Source: Selaginella moellendorffii
Taxonomy: Eukaryota; Plantae; Lycopodiophyta
Assembly: GCF_000143415.4 (NCBI RefSeq)
Contig: NW_003314275.1
Location: 997,955 to 1,061,954, forward strand
Length of the DNA stretch: 64,000 bases
Direction: 5' to 3'
Shown in pieces: positions 48,472 through 59,600 of this stretch; within the stretch, counting starts at the first letter, position 1; every line of letters begins with the position of its first letter. Under the pieces are notes generated by a model. The model was not told where the DNA came from. It worked only from the letters and a program-made list of their open reading frames with translations, and made no database searches. Made by a program: the position numbers and the translations under genes.

Positions 48472-48968
48472 TCGAACTCGGACTCGGACTCGGACTCGGA
48501 CTCGGACTCGGACTCGGACTCGGACTCGGACTCGGACTCGGACTCGGACTCGGCCTCGGATTCGGACTCGGACTCGGACTCGGACTCGGCCTCGGCCTCG
48601 GTCTCGGTCCCGATCTTGGTCTCGGTCTTGGTCCCGGTCTCGGTCTTGGTCCCGGTCTTGACTTCGGACTCCATCTCGGGTCCATCTCGGACTCCATCTT
48701 GGACTCCACCTCAGACTCCATCTCGGGTCCTTCTCGGACTCCATCTCGGACTCCATCTCGGGTCCATCTCGGGTCCATCTCGAGTCCATCTCGGACTCCA
48801 TCTCGGACTCCATCTCGGACTCCATCTCGGGTCCATCTCGGACTCCATCTCGGGTCCATCTCGGACTCCATCTCAGACTCCATTTCGGGTCCATCTCGGG
48901 TCCATTTCGGGTCCATCTCAGGTCCACCTCAGACTCCACTTTGGACTCCAACTCGGGTCCATCTCGGA
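48472..48968. repeat. (GGACTC)n hexamer plus GGACTCCATCTC/GGGTCCATCTC minisatellite inside family A LTRs (also 47280-47469, 50531-51190, 56590-56678; decayed at 41780-41995 and 31579-31850)
   Basis: Directly visible arrays; they generate stop-free (LG)n/(SD)n/(RT)n ORFs. Confidence 0.95.
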
Positions 48969-49302
48969 CACTTCCATGTGTCATGTGTTGGTCCTTTTGG
49001 GTCCCTTTTTGGAGCCTCGCTTATTGCTCTTTTTGTGCTTATTTCTCGAGCACTTTGTGGGAGTTCCACTCCCGCTCTCGACCTTTCAAGGCGGAGCTTT
49101 TAGTACGAACGTGTTACACTCGTTTGGCTTTCGCTTCGGCCACTACCACGTGGTGCCCTTCCGGCTCCACTTTGGGGCCTAGGGATTTTGTGTCTCACAA
49201 CTCCACCACCCATAGACGAAGTTCGATGTCCTCATCAAACGGTAACCATTTTATAAAGTAACACCCGCATGTGTTACCATTTCCATCCTTGGCACCTAGC
49301 CA

Positions 49303-49478
49303 ATATTCGTCAATGGTTTGATATTGAAGGCTGACCATGCCTTCTTCATATTCGTCATTGGTTTGACATTGAAGGCTCACCATGCCTTCTCCATATTCGT
49401 CAATGGTTTGACATTGAAGGCTCACCATGCCTTCTGTATATTTGTCAATGGTTTGACACCAAAGGCTCACCATGCCTT
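49303..49478. repeat. 4 x 45-bp tandem repeat upstream of the A2 PPT
   Basis: ATATT(C/T)GTCAATGGTTTGACATTGAAGGCTCACCATGCCTTC.. at 49303, 49348, 49393 and 49438; single copy in A1 and A3. Confidence 0.9.
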
Positions 49479-52400
49479 GCCCATCCTCTAAGGAGGGTAG
49501 TCTCTCTAATTTAGAAACTGATTGGACCACATTGTAAGCGACTAATTTTTCCATTTTACTTTAGTCACTTAACTACACCTCTGACCACTTGGAGGAGTCT
49601 CATTCACAACCTCCATAAGTCCCAGTTAGGACTTGGGGCTTGCCAGCCCTGAGAATGGCATCCATGCCACTCAACCTTTGCACTTGGTCCAAGTGCTCCA
49701 TGTGTCTGATCCCATGACCGACACCCCAAGGTACCACTGACATACCAGCTCGTTACGCTAAGGCATGCCCATTCACCTTGGTCACACCGGTGGTCTAACG
49801 CCACCTGCATCATAATCCTGTCTCTCAAAGACTGGGCCATCCGTCCATGAGCGATCATCCCAGATCTACTCCTTAGCATCCTTAGGATGCCCACAGACAT
49901 GGGGAATAGCCTTCCCCGACAACTCTTTTCTAGTCCCCACCAAATCCCTTTTAGTCTATGGCCGTGTTCGCCAACACTGCCACTGGATCAAGGCCCGCAG
50001 GCCTGACTGCTAAGTCCCACTATCTTTTGGGACTTCATCACCATGTGACCGTATCCTTGGTCACTACATTAGAGGCCTACTCCTCTTCCCTTTCACCGTT
50101 TGGGACTTTGGGACAACATTTCGGAACACCGTGGCCTTACGCAAGCCTCATAGGTACTCTCCTCGCCTTTTGCCTTTAGGTGCTCTAGCCATGGGCTTAG
50201 AGCGAGGTTCCGTTGAGCCACGACAGGTATCCAAGTAGGTAGTGCCACCCACACTTGGACTGGGAGCATCGGCCAGTCGATCTCCTGGGGGAACTAGAGC
50301 CGGCTCTTGAACACTTCACCAAGCTACCCCGCTTGTCGGTCTGTGTTCACTCTAGTCTTGGACTTCCCAGTGGGCAGCTCATCACCCAACACTGGGTCTG
50401 GCCTTCCTGGGCCAAACTAGCCTTTCCTGGCCAAACTGACTCCACTGCAGTCCTCCCCTTACTATACTTTTGGAGCTCACCAAACCCCCCAGGGTCTGGG
50501 AGACGAATGCTTTGGGCTTTCACCCTCTCAGACTCGAACTCGGACTCGGACTCGGACTCGGACTCGGACTCGGGCTCAGGCTCGGTCTCGGCCTCGGTCT
50601 TGGTCTCGGTCCCGATCTCGGTCTCGGTCTCGGTCCCGGTCTTGGTCCCGGTCTCGGTCTCGACTTCGGACTCCATCTCGGGTCCATCTCGGACTCCATC
50701 TCGGGTCCATCTCGGACTCCATCTCGGGTCCATCTCGGACTCCCTCTCGGGTCCATCTCGGACTCCCTCTCGGGTCCATCTCGGACTCCCTCTCGGGTCC
50801 ATCTCGGACTCCATCTCGGACTCCATCTCGGGTCCATCTCGGACTCCATCTCAGGTCGATCTCAGACTCCATCTCGGACTCCATCTCGGGTCCATCTCGG
50901 ACTCCATCTCGGGTCCATCTCGGACTCCATTTCAGGTCCATCTCGAACTCCATCTCGGGTCCATCTCGGACTCCATCTCGGGTCCATCTCGAACTCCATC
51001 TCGGGTCCATCTCGGACTCCATCTCGGACTCCATCTCGGGTCCATCTCGAACTCCATCTCGGATCCATCTCGGGTCCACCTCGGACTCCACCTCGGACTC
51101 CATCTCGGGGTCCTTCTCGGACTCCACTTCGGACTCCATCTCGGGGTCTTTCTTGGACTCCACTTCGGACTCCAACTTGGGTCCATCTCAGACACTTCCA
51201 CGTGTCATGTGTTAGTCCTTTTTGGGTCCCTTTTTGGAGCCTCACTTATGGCTCGTTTCGTGCTCATTCCTCAAGCACTTTGTTAGGGGTTTCACTCCCA
51301 CTCTCGACCTTTCCAGGCGGAGCTTTTAGTCCAAACGTGTTACGCTCGTTTGGCTTTCGCTTCAGCCACTACCACGTGGTGCCCCTCCGGCTCTATTTTG
51401 GGGCCTAGGGATTTTGTGTCTCACAACTCCACCACCTATAGACGAAGTTCGATGTCCTCATCGAACGGTAAACCCTTTCATAAAGTAACACCCGCATGTG
51501 TTACCATTTCCATCCTTGGCACCCAGCCAATATCTGTCTATGGTTTGACACCAAAGGCTCACCATGCCTTGTCCATCCTCTAAGGAGCATAGCCTCTCCA
51601 ACTTAGAGGCTCATTTGACCACTTGTGGTGGTTCTCTCCTTTTATTGGTTTAGTTCTCACTAAACTTGTTAGAGACACTTTCTCTAACTCAATCCCACTA
51701 CTCGTTCTCAAGTGGTCTCACTTTCCAGCGCTATAACCCTTGCACTTTGGAACTTTTAATTCTGACTTCTCGAAGTCAATTTCCTAAGTGTCTCCAACAC
51801 CTTGCATTGCACATATTGTGCAACTCCACTTCCTCATCCTAGGAAGTTCTTCACTTGAGGGCACCATCATCCTCTGTTCGATTTCATGCCACCTTTGGGC
51901 ACTGAGTTCCAGTTATCATATTGTGTACTAGGGCTGTCCATGGCCCTATCTTTTGGCTACTTTGCTGCTCCCTCACCGTGAGCTTTTACTTCGCCAAATT
52001 GGAGCACTTAGGAATCCATCCTTGGAAGTCCACTTCCTTTCCCACAAGCCGTTAGCATCAAACACATTAGTGTTCCTTGGCTAACTTTGCCATTTGGATC
52101 CCTTCCATTAAATTCCATGGCCCAAACTTAGCCACTAGTCCTATGCTCCTATCCTTGATTGTTGCACCTAGCAACATAGGATCACTACCTCCATTTTTTA
52201 GGTATCCTTTCGGTTCCATAGCAAAGACTCTTCTTTGCCAAGTCCGAAGGATGTTCACCCCTAGTACGTCTCTTTAGCATCTTTTGCTATGGGCTCTATC
52301 CACGGCCCAACTTCGTGACCCTCCCATGGGTCTCTTATAGAGACTACTTTCCTTGGACTCACTATGCTATCGCACGGACATAGTTTATTTCCCTTAGGTG

Positions 52401-55400
52401 CTCTTCCCATTTGGTCATCATGACCAAACCACACCACCTTAAACAGTTCAATTTCAACATTTTGAACTAGGAACTTCATTCCTTAGCCAACCAAGGACCT
52501 TGTCCTTATTTATACGATCACCTAGTGATCTCACCTTGGCACCTTAACAGAGTTGCCAAGAGGTACTTGGTCTTCTAGACCTTCAAATTGTTGACTATAA
52601 CCTCAATTTTACTACTATTTGACATCTTAAGAAGCTTGCACTGTGTGAGATGATCGGATGCATAAACCATATAAATAACTTCAGGGGCATCCCCCACACT
52701 TGGCGGTGCACCCAAGCCGGCCCTTACGGCCAAGGGTTCATAGCAACTGAGATTAGGTGTCCCCATCTCACTCACCACGTCCTTGGTGCCACTTGCACCA
52801 AAGTGTTCAAGTTAGATATGCCGAGCTTTCACACTAAGCAATCTAACCGTGCATCACGACTCCGAGGCACCCCTCGTTTGGCGGTGTGCCCAAACCAGTC
52901 TCCACACTGAGAGTCCATGACCATCGAAATATGAGTGTCCTCATATTCCAAACCATCACCACGCCCTAGTGATTTGGGACTCGAACCCAAGCACTAGAGG
53001 GTCAGGACTCGAACCCAAGCACTAGAGGGTCAGGACTCGAACCCAACCTCCGTATATGCATCTACGGACGGCATCACCCAAGATGCCTGATGTGACTCCC
53101 CACGCCAGTGCACCAACTTATACTCAAAGCGCGCTATAGATCACAACTTAGGAACATAGTTCCTCCCCACTACCAAGTCCTCTCACTTGACAAGCCTGTG
53201 ATCATGCATGAACTCCTCCATGCTTGGCCTCATGGCCCACCCTTTTTGAAGTTATCACCTTCAACTAGGGTATTTGTTCCCCTGACTTGCCAATCTCGCT
53301 TTGGTAAGTCCTCCGACCACTGTAACATGGTTCCTGCACAAGCGTGAAAGCCCTTGATCATCGACTTTTGTTCAAAGCCCTCTTTCTGAACACTCGGGAA
53401 CTACTTCCCTAACCTTGATAGCCTTGCCTCATGGCAAGCTTCAAGACCACGCTTCTGCTGCGCCACTCTGATTTTGCGCGTTCCTTGAACCATTTACGCT
53501 TGGCCTTTCTAGGTACTAAGCTACCTAGAATCCTCTTTGGGAACCTTGAAGGAACTCTGTCCCTTAGCTTGCTAAGGCCTCCCTTTTTGCAAGCTTTCCA
53601 ATTACCATATAGTCTAACATGGACAATTCCATATTTTAGACTCTCCATGGCATCACGGTTGCTAGCAGCAATGCCCTCGAGCCCCCACTTGATTTTCCAC
53701 TCCCAGCTGGCATAACCAACCTTGGTTATGCCCTTCGATTCCTATGGTTCGGTTCTATCCCCTTACTTTTTGCTTTTGGCTTCACACATTTCCTTCGGTC
53801 ATTCTCCTCCAGACCAGGAGGATAGCTTTGCACTTTCTATCATGCCTTAACAAGTATTCTTAGGGATGAACCTACCTGATAGCCTAGGGAGTGGTTCCTC
53901 AATCCAGGTATACTCACCCTATAATCCCATACACCAGGATTACGTTGTTGCTTACGGGCCTTTGCATGCCCATTGCTAGCCTTGCCAAAATTCCATTTTT
54001 GGCTTTGTCCAATTCGAGTAGATAGTCTTCTCCTGTCTCCGCCACCTTGGACATTTGGATAGCACCTACTATCCATCATTCGCTAGGGACTTAGTCCCTT
54101 GGGCCTTATCTACTGCCCTTGCGACATCAAACACCACCTCCTGGTGTTCTAGAGTGTTTGGGTGTCCCAATGACGGCTTCCTTGACAATGAATATTTCCT
54201 TTTATAACATTGACTTACTATATTGCAACATAAGCAATTTATCCCCCGTAAGGGTATATCCACTTCCCTATGCCATTAAGAAGGCTTGGGTAGCTACCTT
54301 CTACTCGTTTAACCAATTATTTTGCACCTTTTGCTTAGTTGCCTTGTAGTTGTCAAGTCCTACAACTCATTGCTGGTGCTTCCACACCTCCATCATTATC
54401 TGGGTCACCACACTCCAACTGCATGCTCTGCAGCTTAGGATATGCCATTCCCATTTCTATTGGGATTCCTTTGGCAAGGGGTTCTCATGAACCCACCAAC
54501 ATAGCCTCAAGGTATCACACCTTGGCACATTTGGTGTCTCCACACCATCAGCTCCACGAGCCTACCTCTATGACACTTCTTCTTTGTGTCTAAGTCTTTG
54601 CCAAGACCAATACCACTCTTTCTCATGCCAACCATCCATTAGCACTGCACCATAGAGGTCACACACAACTTTGTGTCAAAGTTGTTTTCTTTTTGGGAAC
54701 ACCTTTCCCACGACTTTAGCATGGGACATTTTGCCATCGATGAGATACCCTCTGTTCTCATCCTTGGATCCTATGATCCCCCCCCATCCTTCGTGGGGTA
54801 CAACACACCTCAGTCCAAATGCTTCCATTAGTCCTTTTAGGACCATCCCTTGACTCTACTTGAGTCATCCAACAGTTTTGGACTTGGTTAATCCATAGAC
54901 CTGTAAGGTCCTACTTGTGAGGCACTAGCTCACTGGAATACACTTCTTGCATTCCTGTCCTACTCAAAAAGACTATTTTCACAAGTGTTACTCTGACACT
55001 TGATTTTGTTCTCTGGGGCAACCTTTGCCCCTTAGGACTACTTGTCCATGTGATGAGAATACCAACTCATCTCTAAGTACACCCCCCAACTCCTTGGGTT
55101 GTTCCAGCATTTATTAAAGGTAGCCCCGGCTACCATTTCAAGGACTTGAGTCCTCTTTCGTATTTGACCTCCCACGGTCATTACCTCTGGTCTCACATTC
55201 ATGAGCACCAACCTCAACTATATGAGGATAATCTTGTGACTCCTTTATTGTTTTGGAGTCTACATCTTTTCTGTGATCCCAACTATAGTTGTTTATCACA
55301 ATTACGTTAGCCCGTTTGCTGCGTCAAACGCTCATTTGGATCACATCCTCAACTCTCTGAGGAGACCTTATACTGTTCCCAAGATCCCAAAGTCGTTCCA

Positions 55401-56678
55401 TTATTGGCCCTTTTCTATCCACCACATTGTGCCCAAGTTCACGCATGAACTTGAGTGGAGAGCCATGTCCTCTCGACATGCTACTCCTCCAGGATAGGCC
55501 CACTCCTAGGACCTTCCGATGCCAACATCAATGGTGATATACTTGAGCACCAATAAAAGTCGGACTAAGGAACATGGCTCCGATACCAAATTGTAAGCGA
55601 CTAATTTTTCCATTTTACTTTAGTCACTTAACTACACCTCCGACCACTTGGAGGAGTGTCATTCACAACCTCCATAAGTCCTAGTTAGGACTTGGGGCTT
55701 GCCAGCCCTGAGAATGGCATCCATGCCACTCAACCTTTGCACTTGGTCCAAGTGCTCCATGTGTCCGATCCCATGTCCGACACCCCAAGGTACCACTGAC
55801 ATACCAGCTCGTTACGCTAAGCCATGCCTATTCACCTTGGTCACACCGGTGGTCTAACGCCACCTGCATCATAATCCCGTCTCTCAAAGACTGGGCCGTC
55901 TGTCCATGAGCAATCATCCCAGATCTACTCCTTAGCATCCTTAGGATGCCCACAGACATGGGGAATAGCCTTCCCCGACAACTCTTTTCTAGTCCCCACC
56001 AAGTCCCTTTTAGTCTATGGCCGTGTTCGCCAACACTGCCACTGGATCAAGGCCCGCAGGCCTGACTGCTAAGTCCCACTATCTTTTGGGACTTCCTCAC
56101 CATGTGACCGTATCCTTGGTCACTACATTAGAGGCTTACTCCTCTTCCCTTTCACCGTTTGGGACTTTGGGACAACATTTCGGAACACCATGGCCTTACG
56201 CAAGCCTCATAGGTACTCTCCCTGCCTTTCGCCTTTAGGTGCTCTAGCCATGGGCTTAGAGCGAGATTCCGTTAAGCCACGACAGGTATCCAAGTAGCTA
56301 GTGCCACCCACACTTGGACTGGGAGCATCGGCCAGTCGATCTCCTGGGGGAACTAGAGCCGGCTCTTGAACACTTCACCAAGCTACCCCGCTTGTCGGTC
56401 TGTGTTCACTCTAGTCTTGGACTTCCCAGTGGGCAGCTCATCACCCAACACTGGGTCCGGCCTTCCTGGGCCAAACTGGCCTTTCCTGGCCAAACTGACT
56501 CCACTGCAATCCTCCCCTTACTATACTTTTGGAGCTCACCAAACCCCCCAGGGTCTGGGAGACGAATGCTTTGGGCTTTCACCCTCTCAGACTCAAACTC
56601 GAACTCGAACTTGGACTCGGACTCGGACTCGGACTCGGACTCGGACTTGGGCTCGGACTCGGGCTCAGGCTCGGTCTC

Positions 56679-59600
56679 TGTCGCGAATGTGACTTCAGGT
56701 ATCGAAAGTTACCTGTCGGCTAGTCCTTACGGACACTCTTACCTTACTGCCACGATGGCAGGAGGTCGGTATTGCTGGACCCGTTATCAGTTTCCCACTT
56801 GAGCTAGTTGAGAAACTGGTCAATGACCGTGTACTTAAATCGGATAAACATAAGGTAGGAACCCTATGTGTTTCTTGCTGAGCATACTCGGCCTGGTTTG
56901 AGAAACTTGAGTCATTGGCTTGCACTTGCTAGTATCAAGAACCCCCGTGATATTGAGATTGGTCCCTCAATATCGCTAGATGATAGCTTACCGTGTCTGC
57001 CAAACACCCTCGCTATCATGCCCTTTGTGTTAGTCTCATTTTGGTCCCAAATGCTATTTATGGAAAGTGTCCAGATTTGCTCATTTGGCATATCTGTGGA
57101 ATGTAGAGATTGTCCTGAACACAATGGTGTTCGTCCCGTGCCCAAATTCGCAATCTAGGGACATTCCATATTTAGTAAGTTTCGAGCTTGTCCCAGAGAC
57201 TAACTCCTGATATAAGGGAGGTTGGGGTGAAAGCCCAAAGCGTGTGTTCCTCAAGGGGGGGGGGGGGCTGTGGGGGGTTCTAAATGTATAGTAGGGATAG
57301 TGGGTAGGTCGGGCATGGCTGACCAACCTGAGGCATAGTCTAGCTCCCGCTTGCGTGCCTGTCCTTGTTCTGCGTCCGGCTTGGGTCTAAACCCAAGTTC
57401 CATTCCATGCTAGTTGGTGGAGTACCCATATCCTCGCGTTAGGCCACCGGTATGCCGAAATAGCGCTAGACTCCGTTTGGCTCCGTTTTGCGTGCTGGTT
57501 CTGGCATTGGGATGCTGGTCGCTCCAGGACTGTTCCAAGTTGCTCTGGGCTCCCGTCCCTTCGCTCCTTAGGCTTTATGCTCGGGAGTTGCTCCATGGTT
57601 CGGTTCCGTCACTCCTTGGCTCCATGCTTGGGAGTTTGGCACCGTTCCTTCGTTTAGTGGCCCAGGGCCCTGAACTTCGGGTTTCTATGGACACGTGGCA
57701 TGGACACGTGGCATGTGACATGTGGCATCTATCACGTGGCACAAAAAGGGTTTAGGTTCCGCTTCGTAGTGTTATCCTATGGTAAATCACCATAGGATAA
57801 AGGGTCAAAACCACGTGCGCTACATTTGGTATCAGAGGATGAGTCTCAGCGAGTACTATACAATGAGATTGGGCAACTAGTCTCGTTGCATACGCAGAGA
57901 TGAAAACGATGATCCGAGTGGGTACACGTTTGGTGCAAAGGGTTCACATTCGTTCCTTGGGTATGGTTTTGGTTACCTTTTGTACCTAATAATGTGAGCT
58001 TGCTCTTGGACTCATATGATGGATTTGAAATGTTCCATTTGCACGAGTTTGAGCTTGGGCTCGTGAGTGAGGCACATTAGCAACTCAAGGTTACACTTTG
58101 AGTTGGCAGGATTAATGTTAGCCTATCGGTGGTTCCATGAGTTGTTCCATGTACCGTGAGTGAAAGCAAACCTTCCCTGAGTTTGCTATGAGTGGCAAAT
58201 AGGCTGGTCCGTAGCTATTTAGCACGGCACTAGTGGATCCTTCCTAGGCATGATTACAAGTGGATCAACTAAGACTGTAGGGATTAGTCTATTGGTTTAG
58301 GTAGTCATTGTCATGCTCTCTCATAAACTTTTCTTGGATTGGACTGAAGGCAGTGCGAAAGCAAGCTTGAGGTTAAGTCAAAGATGAGATCGAAAAGAGA
58401 GTCATCAGGGACGGAGGATCAAACACGTAAATCATTTTCTTGGAGAGATGATTTGCAACGAGGTGTTAACTCATTGCTCGTGTTCACAATATGCAATCAA
58501 GAGTCCCTATCTTGATGCATGTTGATTATGAAGGTCTTACAAGTGGTGAGTCGTGGGATGGATAGCGGTGAAGCGCTAAACCATTTTGTCTAGACTTGCT
58601 ATTGGAAGACTTGGGTTGCAATGCTCAATTCTTTTCCGAGGAACCTTGCTATTGCTCCTTGAGTAGCTTGGTGTTGGATTAGTGTTGAGTTTGGTCGAAA
58701 AGAGAGTGGCATGAGTTTGTCCATGTTGTGAACAAAAGTTAGTGGTGCTGAGTGTTGTAAATCTCTATCGGTGGAGTGTGGCATTTATGTTGCATTTTGT
58801 CGAATCGAGTTTGCACTTGATACTCACATAAACCTTTGAAATAATGACATAGACATTACTCGTGGTGTTGCTCAATTGATGATCAAATCATTGTGATTTC
58901 CATATCATATCCATGTGATAATGAGCAATGTGTTTACGAAGTTGCTTGGTTAAACGATGATCAACCCCAAAGTGGTTGATGGTGAGGCTAGTCTACTTGC
59001 ACGAAGTAGCATTGTAGTAGCTTTGACTGAATTCTCGATAGTGGTCCATTATGCTAAGCTTAAGTTGGTATGTTGTTCCTTTGAGAGTTGGCCCATAAGG
59101 TGTTGGAAAGGGTTGTAGCATTCATTTGCTATAGCTTGTTGGTTTATCCGTTAACACTTGGAGTAGATTGTTGGATGGAAAAAATGTGTAGTTAAAGCAT
59201 TGATATCGCTAGCACTTGTGTTAGTGGAAGTGGCATTGTTGATTTTAGTGATGAGGAATTTTCCTTAGAACTTGATTTTCCATGTCATTTTTCTTGTTAG
59301 TGTTTTAGCTTCACATTGGATCTTGAAGGTGATTGAAGAAGAATGTTAGTGCAATGTGGATATCCAAAGATGTGGTCTTTGTGATCAAGCTTTAGATGTT
59401 CATTTTGCATTTTGCGGATGTCAGAGTTGGATGTCGAAAGAATGGGCAAAAGATGTTCGAGGCTTAAGCATACTATGGGTCATGAAAATTTGTGTTGAGG
59501 TGAACCTATGTGAAGTTGTTAGTAGAAAGAAGTTGGTTGAGTCTTGAAAGTTTGTATCCCTGGACTGAGAGTCATTCTTTCTCTAGGATGGAAATTTTCC

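Larger units (their letters stand above)
47470..49532 (-). mobile_element. LTR retrotransposon A2, inserted in reverse into the A1 3' LTR: LTR 47470-49199 plus PPT-side internal part, interrupted by A3
   Basis: LTR starts TGTAAGTGACT abruptly inside the A1 GGACCCGAGAT array and ends TGTCTCACA at 49199; contains (GGACTC)n and 11-12-mer arrays; left TSD candidate CCGAG. Confidence 0.85.

Noticed and set aside
47280-51190. Regular short repeats that might suggest a CRISPR-like array
   Set aside because: No unique spacers; simple minisatellite within eukaryotic LTRs; no cas genes
48192-51408. 300-340 aa ORFs with (LG)n, (SD)n, (RV)n and SRTPSRVHLG repeats in several frames and on both strands
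   Set aside because: By-product of stop-free hexamer and 11-12-mer arrays in LTRs; several start at TTG; not genes
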